Part shown: one piece after another, positions 48,190 through 59,191 of the stretch
Position numbering within the stretch: the stretch's first letter is position 1
Layout: the number at the start of each line of letters is the position of its first letter
From: Antedon mediterranea
Lineage: Eukaryota > Animalia > Echinodermata
Direction: 5' to 3'
DNA length: 64,000 nucleotides
Assembly (NCBI RefSeq): GCF_964355755.1
Contig: NC_092673.1
Span: forward strand, 9,548,001 to 9,612,000
The notes under the pieces: generated by a model
The model's database searches: none
Told to the model about the DNA's origin: nothing
Seen by the model: the letters and a program-made list of their open reading frames with translations, nothing else
Translations under genes and position numbers: made by a program

Positions 48190-50859
48190 ATGGATCTCAC
48201 TAGAATTGTTGACGCAGGGAAAGCGTTGGGGTTAGATGGAGTGGAATTAAGAGAGTTTGTGGAAAAGAGAGAGGAAGCTGCCAGAGAGAGAGAAGAGAGA
48301 GCACTAGAGAGAGAAGAAAGAAACAGGGAGAGAGAAGAAATTGAGCGAAACAGAGACAAGGAAGAGAGAGAGAGAAGAGAGGTGCTAGAGAGGGACGAAG
48401 CAGAGAGAAAAAGAGCGAGTGAAGAAAAAGAGAGAGTAAATGAAAGGGTGAAAGAAGCTGAAAATCAGGCCTATCTCATAGAAATGCGAAGGTTAGAAAT
48501 CCAATTAGAGCAAGAAAAGAATCGGGCACGGCCAGGTGGTAGAGTATTACCCAATCCTGAGTCACGGGTTAAGGCCAGTAAACCTAAATTACCCCCTTTC
48601 CATGACCGAACAGATGACCTAGATGCCTATCTGAAAAGGTTTGAACGGTATGCGACTAGTCAGGAGTGGAAATAAATTGAGTGGCCGGTTAACTTAAGTG
48701 CCCTACTAACTGGGAAAGCTCTCGAAGTTTATTCCAGGTTGTCTTCAGCTGAAGCTAATGATTACAAACTGTTGAAATTGGCTCTTCTAAAACGGTTTCA
48801 GTTAACCGCCGATGGATTTCGATATAAGTTACGAACAGCAAAGCCCGAATACGGAGAAAGCGGACTGCAATTTGCTGCAAGGTTAAGCAATTATCTGGAT
48901 AGGTGGATTGACCTAGCAGAGGGGGAGAAAACCTTTCAGGGGTTAAAAGATTTATTGCTGCGAGAGCAATTTACTGATGGGTGTGGGAAGGACCTTGCCC
49001 TGTTCCTAAGGGAGCGTCAACCGAAAACGATACAAGCGATGGCTGAAATTGCTGAACAATATTTGGAAGCCCGTGGGGGGTTATTTGGTAAACCAATAGA
49101 GTTTAAACAAAAGGAGCCGAATTCCCCTCAACTTTCCTCTAATAATGTTCCCAGTACATCCTCAGCACAAAGCCCTTCTAGTTTCCGTAGTCCAACTTGT
49201 TTTATATGCCATCGTGTAGGTCACTTAGCTAGAAATTGCAGAATTTCAACTATGTATCAACCAAACTCTCCTCCAAAATGTTACCGATGCTTAAAAACAG
49301 GACATATTGCCAGAAATTGTAGACAGGACGCCAACAGTTGCGCTGGGTTGTCTACTTCACCACAAAAAGAGTCTGATTGCCAAAAATGTACAAAACAACA
49401 CGAATGTAAAGCCAAAGAAGAAATTCCCGATGTGGGTGCCAGTATGGTTACAAAAATGTCAGAATCTTTAAATCAATGTTGTATCAATAATGATGGTGAT
49501 AAGGTCACTCTTCAATGTGGGCACTGTCTTCCAATTATGACAGCGGCTCTAAATAATTCAATTAGTAAAATGCCCGTTTATACAGGTTGTGTCGGGTCAC
49601 GCTGCGTCTCTGTTCTTCGTGACAGTGGCTGTAGTGGGGTGGTTGTAAAGAAAGATCTGGTATCAGCCGAACAACTTACTGGTAAGGAGAAAACCTGTGT
49701 GCTGATTGATGGCACGGTCCGAAACCTACCGGTTGCATTAATACATGTTAATACTCCGTTTTTTTCAGGAAATACGTATGCACTATGTATGAATAACCCT
49801 ATTTATAACTTGATATTAGGTAATATTGCAGGAGTACGAGCACCAGGAAATCCAGATCCCACATGGACAGAGCGAAATCTTCAAGGATGTTCTGTTGTTA
49901 CCCGGTCTCAAGCTAACAATATGGATAAACCATTCAGAACACTTAAAACTACAGGAATACACAAGCAAATCATCACAGCGGTAACTATGAAGACCGCTCA
50001 GCAACGAGATGTCAGCCTTGCAAAATTCAAGGATCTTGCAGAGAAGCAAACTACAGCTGTGAGTAACAAACAAGCCACGTCTAGGTTTATTTATCATAAA
50101 GACCTATTATATAGGCAATTTTCCTCTCCTAATATTGAACACGGGGATAAGTTTACCCAACTGGTAGTGCCAGCTGACTATCGACGCCATGTAATGCGCC
50201 AAGCCCATGAAACCTTATTAGGAGGACACCAAGGGGTCAAAAAGACGACGGATAAAGTGTTGACAACTTTTTGGTGGCCTGGGGTCACTGCGGATATTAC
50301 TCGATATTGTCGATCCTGTGACATTTGTCAGAGAACTGTACAAAAAGGTAGAGTTACGAAAGTGCCTCTAGGAAGCATGCCTTTGATCGAGGTGCCGTTT
50401 GAACGGATTGCCGTTGATATAGTTGGTCCCATTTTCCCCATGTCTAAAGGTCGTAATCGTTATATACTCACAATAATAGATTTTGCTACTCGTTATCCCG
50501 AGGCAGTGCCTCTACCAAGTATTGAAGCTGAACGGGTTGCTGAGGCCTTGGTTGGGGTTTTCTCTAGACTTGGTATCCCGAAAGAAATGCTTACCGATAG
50601 GGGATCACAATTTACATCTGAAGTCATGAAGCAAGTTAGTAAGTTGTTGTCTATACGTCAGGTAATGACATCTCCATATCACCCAGCGTGTAAATGGTTT
50701 GGTCGAACAGTTCAATGGAACACTCAAACAAATGCTGAAACGTATGCCGAAAGGCCTACTGATTGGGATCGTTACACTGACCCACTACTTTTTGCTGTTA
50801 GGGAATCTTCACAAGAAAGTTTAGGGTTTTCTCCTTTTGAACTGTTATATGGCCGTACC
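48190..50859 (+). pseudogene. gag (SCAN-like capsid, two CCHC knuckles) - protease - integrase N-terminal/core
   Basis: PKLPPF..DDLDAYLKRFER, LLREQF, CFICHRVGHLARNC, CYRCLKTGHIARNC, LRDSGC, AH..LGGHQG..CDICQ, IAVDIVGP, TDRGSQFTS. Stop at 48673-48675 and a frameshift near 50690. Confidence 0.92.
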
Positions 50860-53800
50860 GTCGTCGTCGTGATCCTGTGAGTCATGACTGACCCTTTGTG
50901 CTCCTGCTTATGATGACATATTCCACCCATCTCTATCCTGAGCATAGCGAGAAGCTGTGCACACATCCAATCTTGTGATCTCTCTAATACCATCAGTCCA
51001 TCTTATCTTCTGTCTACCACGTTTTCGCTTGCCTTCTACATGACCTTGTGCAATTTTCTTTTCCAGGTTGTCACCTTCTCTCCTGGCAATGTGACCAAAG
51101 TACTGAAGTTTGATCTTATCAACCTTCTGGCATAGGTTGACACTGCTTCCAATCTGGTGGTTAACAAATTCATTTGACTTTTGCTCCTTCCACGATATCC
51201 TCAACAATCTCCTCCAACACCACATTTCAAAAGCTTTGATCTTCTTTCTATCTGCAGCTCCAAGAGCCCATGTCTCAGATCCATAAGTGGCAATCGGAAA
51301 TACCAATGCATTCATGATATGAATCTTTGTGTTTCTTGAGATCCCTCTATCCTTCCAAATGTTGGTAAGACCTATTGTGGATGTTCTAGCCATAGCGAGA
51401 CGACGTTTTATTTCCTGTGAGCTTCCTCCAGTGTCAACAATCAGGGAGCCAAGAAAGTTGAAGGTGTTGACTACTTCTATGTCCTCTCCATCTGCTTGAA
51501 TGCGATGTTCATTCTTCCTTCCACTTATCATTACTTTCGTCTTCTTGACATTGAGGTAAAGACCATATTCCTCACTGGATTGCTTTACTCTTTCAATCAG
51601 ATCTTGGAGTTCTGCCGCAGTTCTTGCAAGTAAGGTTGTGTCATCTGCATATCTCAGATTATTTAATTGCCGGCCACCGATAGATATCTGCCCCTCGTAG
51701 CCATCCATGGCAATCCGCATGATGTATTCTGCGTAGACATTAAAGAGATACGGTGACAGGATACATCCTTGGCGTACTCCTTGACCTATCGTAAACCAGT
51801 CGCTATCTCCACACTCTGTTCTGACCGTGGCTTTCTGCCCATCATATAAGGATTTTATCAAGACAATCAGATGTGTTGAGAAGCCCATTTTGCGCATTAC
51901 TCTCCACAATTTCTGGTGTTGAACACAGTCTAGTCAAAAGCCTTTGTGTAATCTATGAAGCAGAGGAAAAGTGGCTGCTGAAATTCCATGGTCTTCTCCA
52001 TCAAATTTCTCAAGTTTCCAATCTGATTGCTCGTTCCTCTTCCTCTCCTAAATCCAGCTTGCTCTGGTGGTAATTCACTTTCTAACTTATTCCTGATTCT
52101 ATCTGCTATAATGTGGAGCAGGACTTTACTAGCATGAGAGATAAGTGAAATGGTACGGTTGTTAGCACATTCCCTTACATCCCCTTTCTTCGGTAATGGG
52201 AGAAACACTGCCTTTTTCCAGTCTTCGGGCCATTCTTTACTCTTCCAGATCTTGTTGCACAATCTATGGATGATAACAACATTTCTTAACTTCTTCATTG
52301 CATTATCAACTTCACAGAGAAGAATATCTGGGTCATCTTCAAAATCTTGCTGTTCTCTCTCCTCCTGTGTATCATCATCTTTGGATGCATACAACTGTTC
52401 ACAGTATTCCTTCCACCTTGTTTTGATTTCATCTTCTTCCGTCAAGATGTTACCATCTTTGTCCTTCAGAACATTGAGCCTGGTGCTAGGTTTTGAAGTC
52501 AGTAGCTTGATGTTTTTATACATGTCTTTGGTGTTGTTTGTAGCGCTGTCCTTCTCCACCTCGGCACATCTCTGTCTTATGAACTCTGTTTTGTCATTTC
52601 TGATTTGTTTCTGGATTTCTCTTGATAAATCCCGGTATTCTCTTCTCCTGCACTTTCCAGTCCTTTTTCTTTGATCTCTCTCCTCTGATCAGCCAGGGCA
52701 AATACCTTTTCTGTCAGCCAGGGTTTTCTTTTGCTCTTGCGTTTGGGGATCGTTTTCTGTGCTGTTTCTAAAGTTGCCTGCTTGATGTCTTTCCACAGCT
52801 CATCTGGGGTGGATTCTTCCGGGTCAAGTTCCATTAACTTCTGAAACTTGTTCTTCACTTCCACTCTATAAGTATCATCTAACTTGGTGGTATCAAATCT
52901 CACTGGTTTTCTTGGCTTCTTGATCCTTCTCAATTTCATCTTCATGGTAGAGACGAGAATCTGGTGGTCTGATCCGCAGTCTGCTCCTGGATAGGTTTTG
53001 GCAGAAGTAAAATTAGATCTCCATCGCTTCTGGACCAGAATGTAGTCAATCTGATTCCTATAGCTTCCGTCCGGTGATAACCAAGTATACAACCGCCTTG
53101 GATGCTGCTTGAAGAGGGTGTTAAGGATCATTAGTCCATTTTCTTGGCAGAAGTCAATCAGCAGTTCTCCTCTCTCATTTTGCTCTCCTAGTCCGTAGTT
53201 GCCCGTCACATTTTTGTTGGTGCACTGTCCTCCTACCTTGGCATTAAGGTCACCAATAATTACCAGGATGTCTCTCTTATTGATGTTTTCTATTGTCTGT
53301 TGCAGTAGCTCATAGAAGGTGTTAATTTCATCTTCGGTGGATGAAGAAGTGGGTGCATAGGCTTGAATAATTGTGAGATTCATAGGGGTTCCTTGAATGC
53401 GGATGGTGATGATTCTTGAACTGACTGGGTTATAGCCAAGCACGCATCTGGCTACCTTCGGGCAGGCGACAAAGGCAACTCCCTGTTCTCTTTTTTTCTC
53501 AGTACCAGAGTAGTAAACAACTTGTTTGCTTGATGTTACAAAGTGCCCTTTCCCTGTCCATCTCACCTCTGATACACCACACAAGCTAACGTCACGTCTC
53601 TCCAATTCTCTTGTCAAAATGTCCAATTCCCCACTGTTCATTGTCCTGACGTTCCAGGTAGCAATTTTCAAGGTAGTTTTCCAGAGGTTACATCTGTTAT
53701 CATTTCCCTTGGAGTTATCAGCTCCTGCATGTCCAATTGGCTTTAATGCAGTAGCGTCATCGATGCAAGGTATGATGTCATCTGGCCTCTCTTCCCCAGT

Positions 53801-54069
53801 TGCACTTGAGACACCTTCCGGCCTGGGGGTCCCACTTTCCGGTGTCATAACTGTTTTATCATTAGTTGAAATCATCATCATCAGGTATACGCGGCAAAGA
53901 AATTAGGTGGTGGTTTGCCATTGCCTTCCACCTCTGCTAGATGGCCGCCGTTGGCTCTCCTGAGCCGGCGCCCTTAAAGATGGATTTTGTTTTTAGTTCC
54001 ACCTGGGTGTCCAGTCACCCACCTCACCAGCACCCAAGTGGGTACTGGTGGGGGTGCGGGTTTAGTCGC
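50860..54069 (-). mobile_element. Full-length (~3.2 kb) BovB-like RTE LINE inserted in the integrase
   Basis: APE (TWNVRTM, SEVRW, QAYAPT, GDLNAK, NQIDYI, SDH) + RT (FIDYTKAFD, GVRQGCILSP, RYADD) in three frameshifted ORFs; 5' UTR GGAAGGCAATGGCAAACCAC motif; (GAC)n tail. Confidence 0.93.
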
Positions 54070-55968
54070 ATGTCCATCCTAAGGGAATTGTGGACCGAAG
54101 AAATTGAAACACCAGAAACAAAAACCACCTACCAGTACGTTATGGATTTACGGGAACGATTACATGAAACCTGTCAGATGGCTCAGAAGAATCTACAAAA
54201 ATCAAAGGTCAGGTATAAACAATATTATGACAAAAAGAGTAAGTCCCGGGAATTTGAGGTTGGGGATAAGGTGCTACTTTTACTACCCACAGACAAAAAC
54301 AAACTGTTGCTTCAATGGAAAGGTCCTTTTAAGGTTGTAAAGAAATTTGGGTATCTAGACTACCAAATTGACATTAATGGGAAATTCAAAATATTTCACG
54401 CCAATCTGTTGAAAAGGTATTATGAGCGAACCGCAGACATTAGTGCTGCCCTGGAGGTATCCGAGCCTTCTGGTATCCTTGCATTAGCTAGCACCGCTGT
54501 TATTGAATGCGAACCTAATGAAACGTTTACAAATAACCAAAATTATCATCTATCTAATGAGAATCTTTTACAGCTCCACCCGTTACTAGCAAAAGAAACA
54601 ACAGCCGACATTCACATCAACGAAAGCCTGGATGATACACTAAAGCATTAGGTGCACCGACTTATCGGAAACTACAAAGATGTATTGACGGATTTACCGG
54701 GTAAGACTACACTTGGGCAGCATGAAATCAAGTTGGAAACTGATGATATAATCCGTTCCAAGCCCTATCCACTTCCACATGCGTTGCGAGGTACCATTAA
54801 GGATGAGGTAAATATGATGTTAAAGCTTGCATCTCCAATAGTATTGGTAAAGAAACCGGATGGGTCAAATCGATTCTGCGTGGACTTTCGAAAACTTAAT
54901 CAGGTTACAGTTTTTGACGCCGAACCGATCCCGGACCAAGAGGAACTGTTCACAAGGTTGGACCACGATCATTATTTTACTAAGATAGATTTAAGTAAAG
55001 GGTATTGGCAAGTTCCCATGGATGAAGCGTCAAAACCTTTAACAGCCTTTCTAACACCAGATGGTTTGTTTCAATTTAATGTCATGCCGTTCGGCTTAGT
55101 CAATGCACCGGCTACTTTCAGTCGTATCATGAGAAAATTACTCAAAGGAATGGATAATACACTTAATTATATTGATGACATTCTAATTCACACAGCTTCT
55201 TGGGATCAACATATGAAATGTTTGTCTGAATTGTTTGGACGTCTCCGCAGGGCCAACCCAACTGCTCGACCGAGCAAATGTTTCATTGGTTATGAAACAA
55301 TCGAGTTTCTTGGCCATGTGGTAGGGAAAGGACAGGTTTAACCTAGGGTGGAGAATGTACAAAGCATCTTGTCAGCCAAACAACCAGAAACAAAGAAACA
55401 ACTCCGGTCATTCCTTGGGATGACCAACTACTATAGGAAGTTCATTCCTAATTACTCTGTAATTGCTTGTCCATTAACCGACAAAACGAAGAATCGGGAA
55501 CCTAACCGAATATGTTGGGAAAAGGCCCAGGAAAGTGCGTTTGTTAAACTTAAGGAAAAATTAAATAGTTCTCCAATTTTATGCCTTCCCAATTTAAACA
55601 AAGATTTTATTTTGAGAACAGATGCGTCCGAATGTGGAGTGGGAGCGGTTCTAATGCAGCAGTATGGTGACGTGAAGTTTCCCGTGGCGTACGCTAGCAA
55701 GAAACTGCTTCCTCGATAAAAAGCATATTCAGTGATGGAAAAAGAATGTTTAGCCATTGTCTGGAGTGTACGAAAGTTTGAATCTTATTTATATGGACGA
55801 AACTTCACGTTGGAGACTGATCACCAGCCGCTTGTGTTTATGCAGCGAGCGAAATTGTCCAATGGGCGAATTATGAGATGGGCCCTGGCTCTACAACCGC
55901 ACAAGTTCCGAATAGAGGCGATTAAAGGCAGTGAAAATGTAGGAGCTGATTATCTAAGTCGAGTGTAA
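54070..55968 (+). pseudogene. Integrase C-terminus (GPF/Y) - reverse transcriptase - RNase H
   Basis: KLLLQWKGPF..FHANLLK, RFCVDFRKLN, IDLSKGYWQ, MPFGL, YIDD, TDASECGVGAVL, ETDHQPL, ADYLSR. Stops at 54649 and 55717, frameshift near 55341. Confidence 0.93.
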
Positions 55969-56017
55969 ATATGGGTAGAGAAAATGTTGGTACATATTTC
56001 TTTTAGAGGGGAGTAAA

Positions 56018-57402
56018 TGTCACAAGTGACATAAGTTTTGTATTTATTTTGCAAGTCATTCTTACTTTTCCTTTTGTTTTCATTATTTGAACCTTTCTTT
56101 TGTTTTAGGAAACTATTGTTTGAAGCCAGTGGAGCAGAGTGTTTGTGTGCAGAGAAGGAGTGTGTGGAGGTTGCTGATTGAAGGAGAGGTGTAAGAGTTG
56201 AGTGGGTGTGTGAGTTGCTGATTGGTTGAGAAGGATAAGGTGGTGGTATGTGTGCAATTGAGGGAATGTTGAGAGGGAGATGAAAATTGAGAGGAGACAG
56301 AGAAGGAGGGCTATGTTATGTTGAAGCAGAAAGGAGGTAAAGTGATATATTTGAAGTTAATAAATTGTGGGTTGGAAAGAATTATGGTGATATAGAGCTG
56401 AAGCGGAAAGGAAATAAGGTGATATACTATGAAGTTAATAAATTGCGAGTTGGAAATAATTATGGTGATATAGAGCTGAAGCAGAAAATAGAGCTGAAGC
56501 AGAAAGGAAATAAAGTGATATACATGAAGTTAATAAATTGTGCGTTGGAAACAGTTATGGTGATATAGAGCTGAAGCAGAAAGGAAATAAAGTGATATAC
56601 ATGAAGTTAATAAATTGTGAGTTGGAAATAATTATGGTGATATAGAGCTGATGCAGAAAATAGAGCTGAAGCAGAAAGGAAATAAAGTGATATACATGAA
56701 GTTAATAAATTGTGCGTTGGAAATAATTATGGTGATATAGAGCTGAAGCAGAAAGGAAATAAAGTGATATACATGAAGTTAATAAATTGTGAGTTGGAAG
56801 TAATACTATAAGGCAGTACAGGAAGACATCAAGAAACATTTTAACTTTATATTTCATTTATTTATATGTCAGAAAATAGTTGCAGTTTGAGAAGAATTAT
56901 AATTGGGAATACAAGCAGAACGGGAGCAGAGGCGTGGGAGTTGTTTAGTTGCAGAATCGTTTTAACTTTTATCTTTCTAATTTGTTTTTGTGTCAGCGTA
57001 GGAGAAAAGGCAAGAAGGAACGATATTGTGGACATTTATTATTGTTTAATTATTCATCTTGTGATATTATTGTATTTGGAAGGGGGGGTTCTGGGATTTA
57101 TTTGACAATAAGACGATTGTTGATATTTTGTCTGGAAGGATTGGGAATTTGGGAAAGTGTATAAATTGTGTGGGAATAGGGATACTGTATCATTGTTTGA
57201 GAATTGCTTGGGTTTTTTTTTGTGGGTTTTTTTTTGGGGGGGGGGGGGGGCGGTTGGATTATAAGAGAAAGAATTGTTTGTCAAAGATTATTAAAGTTAC
57301 TTTTTACATGTATATGTGTACAGTTGTGGCTATTTACCGTTGTTTACCGGTGGTTACCAGGAATTACATGTCCGAAAGAGCCGTAGTTGCGGCTGTGTGA
57401 CA
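56018..57402 (+). repeat. 3' LTR (1385 bp) with internal 77/95-bp tandem array
   Basis: TGTCAC...GTGACA; array at about 56320-56800; candidate TATA near 56807 and ATTAAA near 57290. Confidence 0.92.
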
Positions 57403-57407
57403 CCAAA

Positions 57408-59191
57408 GTCTTATGGTTGTTAGAGTGGCGGCCAGACAGCTATGGAGAACTTGAAAATGAAGAAACACAAAAGAAAAACAAACTTGGCTCCAGCAACAAA
57501 GTGTTGAAGAAAAAAGGACGAAAAAACGAATAAGGAATATATGGAGCTTACATACCCATCGCAACGCTTTTCAATTAATCAAGAACCAGCATTGTCATTA
57601 GAGCTTCTTCGTGATGAGTGGCCTTTTTTGTTTAATGCACCTCATTTTCAAGCACACTTTTATCGATTAACAGGAAGTAGTCAAGTGGTGTTTCAAGATA
57701 ATGTTCAGAAGAAATCACAGTCAGTCTACAATTTCTTTGTAGATGATCCTAAACAGTCAAAGCATCTTCAAAAGTGGAAGCAGAACATTGAGGAAACTGA
57801 GCTTAAAACAGATAACAACAACACATTAGGAGGAGTGATATTGATGATCATGAGTTATTTTGCTGAGAGTGAAGTTGACGTAAGTATATTTAATATCTTT
57901 AACATCTTTACAGTGTGAATTACGTGACCGTTCAAAACAATAACAAAGCAGTATTACATATATTTATCACGTGACTGATAACGTGCATTGAAGCAATCCA
58001 TTTTTACATTATCTTTTTATTTATAAAACAGGAATCTGCATGCATTGGAGATTTTCAAAAGGAAGTGACAGATCATGGATCATGTTTTCAGTCCATGTCT
58101 GTGTGTTTTCAGTCCATGTCTGTTGTGCTCAGGTACAGGCATGAATTTTAAATATAATAGCTGGTTAATTGTACATACATCAAATATTTGTAACAAAAAT
58201 CAAGACGAAAAAACATGAATTTCTTTTAATATGGTCAAATACAAAATTTAGCAATATTCTGCCATAAAAACCAGGAAGAATTTTTTTCAGTAGTTAGGTA
58301 GTTAACCTAATGTAATAACATGTCTGGTGACTCCCCAGAAGGTGAAAAAAGATGGTGGATATACGGTGGATAATTTTTGCTATAGCATGAAAATAAAAAT
58401 CTGAAGTTGAATAGAAATACCAGAAATGTAAAATTCAAGTTATATTACCTATATTTAGTCATCCGATAACATTTTTTACCACACCGTTTAGTTTTCATAG
58501 CTTTTTAAAATGTCTCTCTATTTACACAATTTGTATACAAAAGAATAGAGATTTTAATGTGTAATTTGAACTAATAAGAAAGTGCTTATTTTCAACAAGC
58601 TCGTGTAACACAAATAAAATCACAAAAATGATGAAACATAGGGGAAACTATAGATTGATGATTATTGGAATGTATGATCAATAGAAATTTTGTGCCCGCA
58701 CCTGGCCTTTAAGTTCAAGTTATGTTTTGATGAATACAGTACAGTAGTTGTGTGTAGTGTAGACTTATTCTTTTTTTTAAATCCTGTCCTGCAAGTTTAA
58801 TTGTTTTAGAATTATGCCACTTGTCACCTTATTTATAAAACAATAGTTTATTGCCAGAATACTAGATTGAAGTTGGATGATAATTTAGCTATCTCAAAAA
58901 TAGGAACACCGAAACTGGTCTCTTTGATCAAATGATTTCAGTTGCTAATATCCGAAATCTATTAACTTAAAATATCAGTTATCCAACAATCTGCTTATTC
59001 CCAATACATAAACAATACATGTTCTTAATTTCCTAACAGGTAATCAGCATTAACAGAAAACCATGCATGTTTGCATCATGCATGTTTGCATCATCCTTCT
59101 TGGAAGGAGTAAAACACAATTCCATGTGTTATTAAATATTTAACCTACAGTACCCTGAGGAAGCTAGTGCAACACTAGAGCTGATACAGCG
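57408..59191 (+). pseudogene. Decayed SAMD3-like (CACTA/EnSpm accessory-type) gene; 5' piece at about 47650-47704
   Basis: ...MELTYPSQRFSIN...LRDEWPFLF...HFYRLTG; GT-AG bounded exon remnants 57408-57879, 58032-58132 and 59040-59191 ending FNLQYPEEASATLELIQR; frameshifts present. Confidence 0.6.

Larger units (their letters stand above)
47705..57402 (+). mobile_element. Gmr1-like Ty3/gypsy LTR retrotransposon (defective)
   Basis: TGT...ACA ends, 5-bp TSD CCAAA (47700-47704, 57403-57407), PBS, PPT AGAGGGGAG (56005-56013); order gag-PR-INT-RT-RNase H. Confidence 0.93.

Noticed and set aside
53890-54069. HDV-like ribozyme at the RTE 5' end
   Set aside because: I could not assign P1, P3/L3 and P1.1 consistently; only hairpins and a possible pseudoknot are supported.
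53941-54651. 236-aa ORF as an independent gene
   Set aside because: Chimeric: the antisense RTE 5' UTR reads in frame into the integrase C-terminus.
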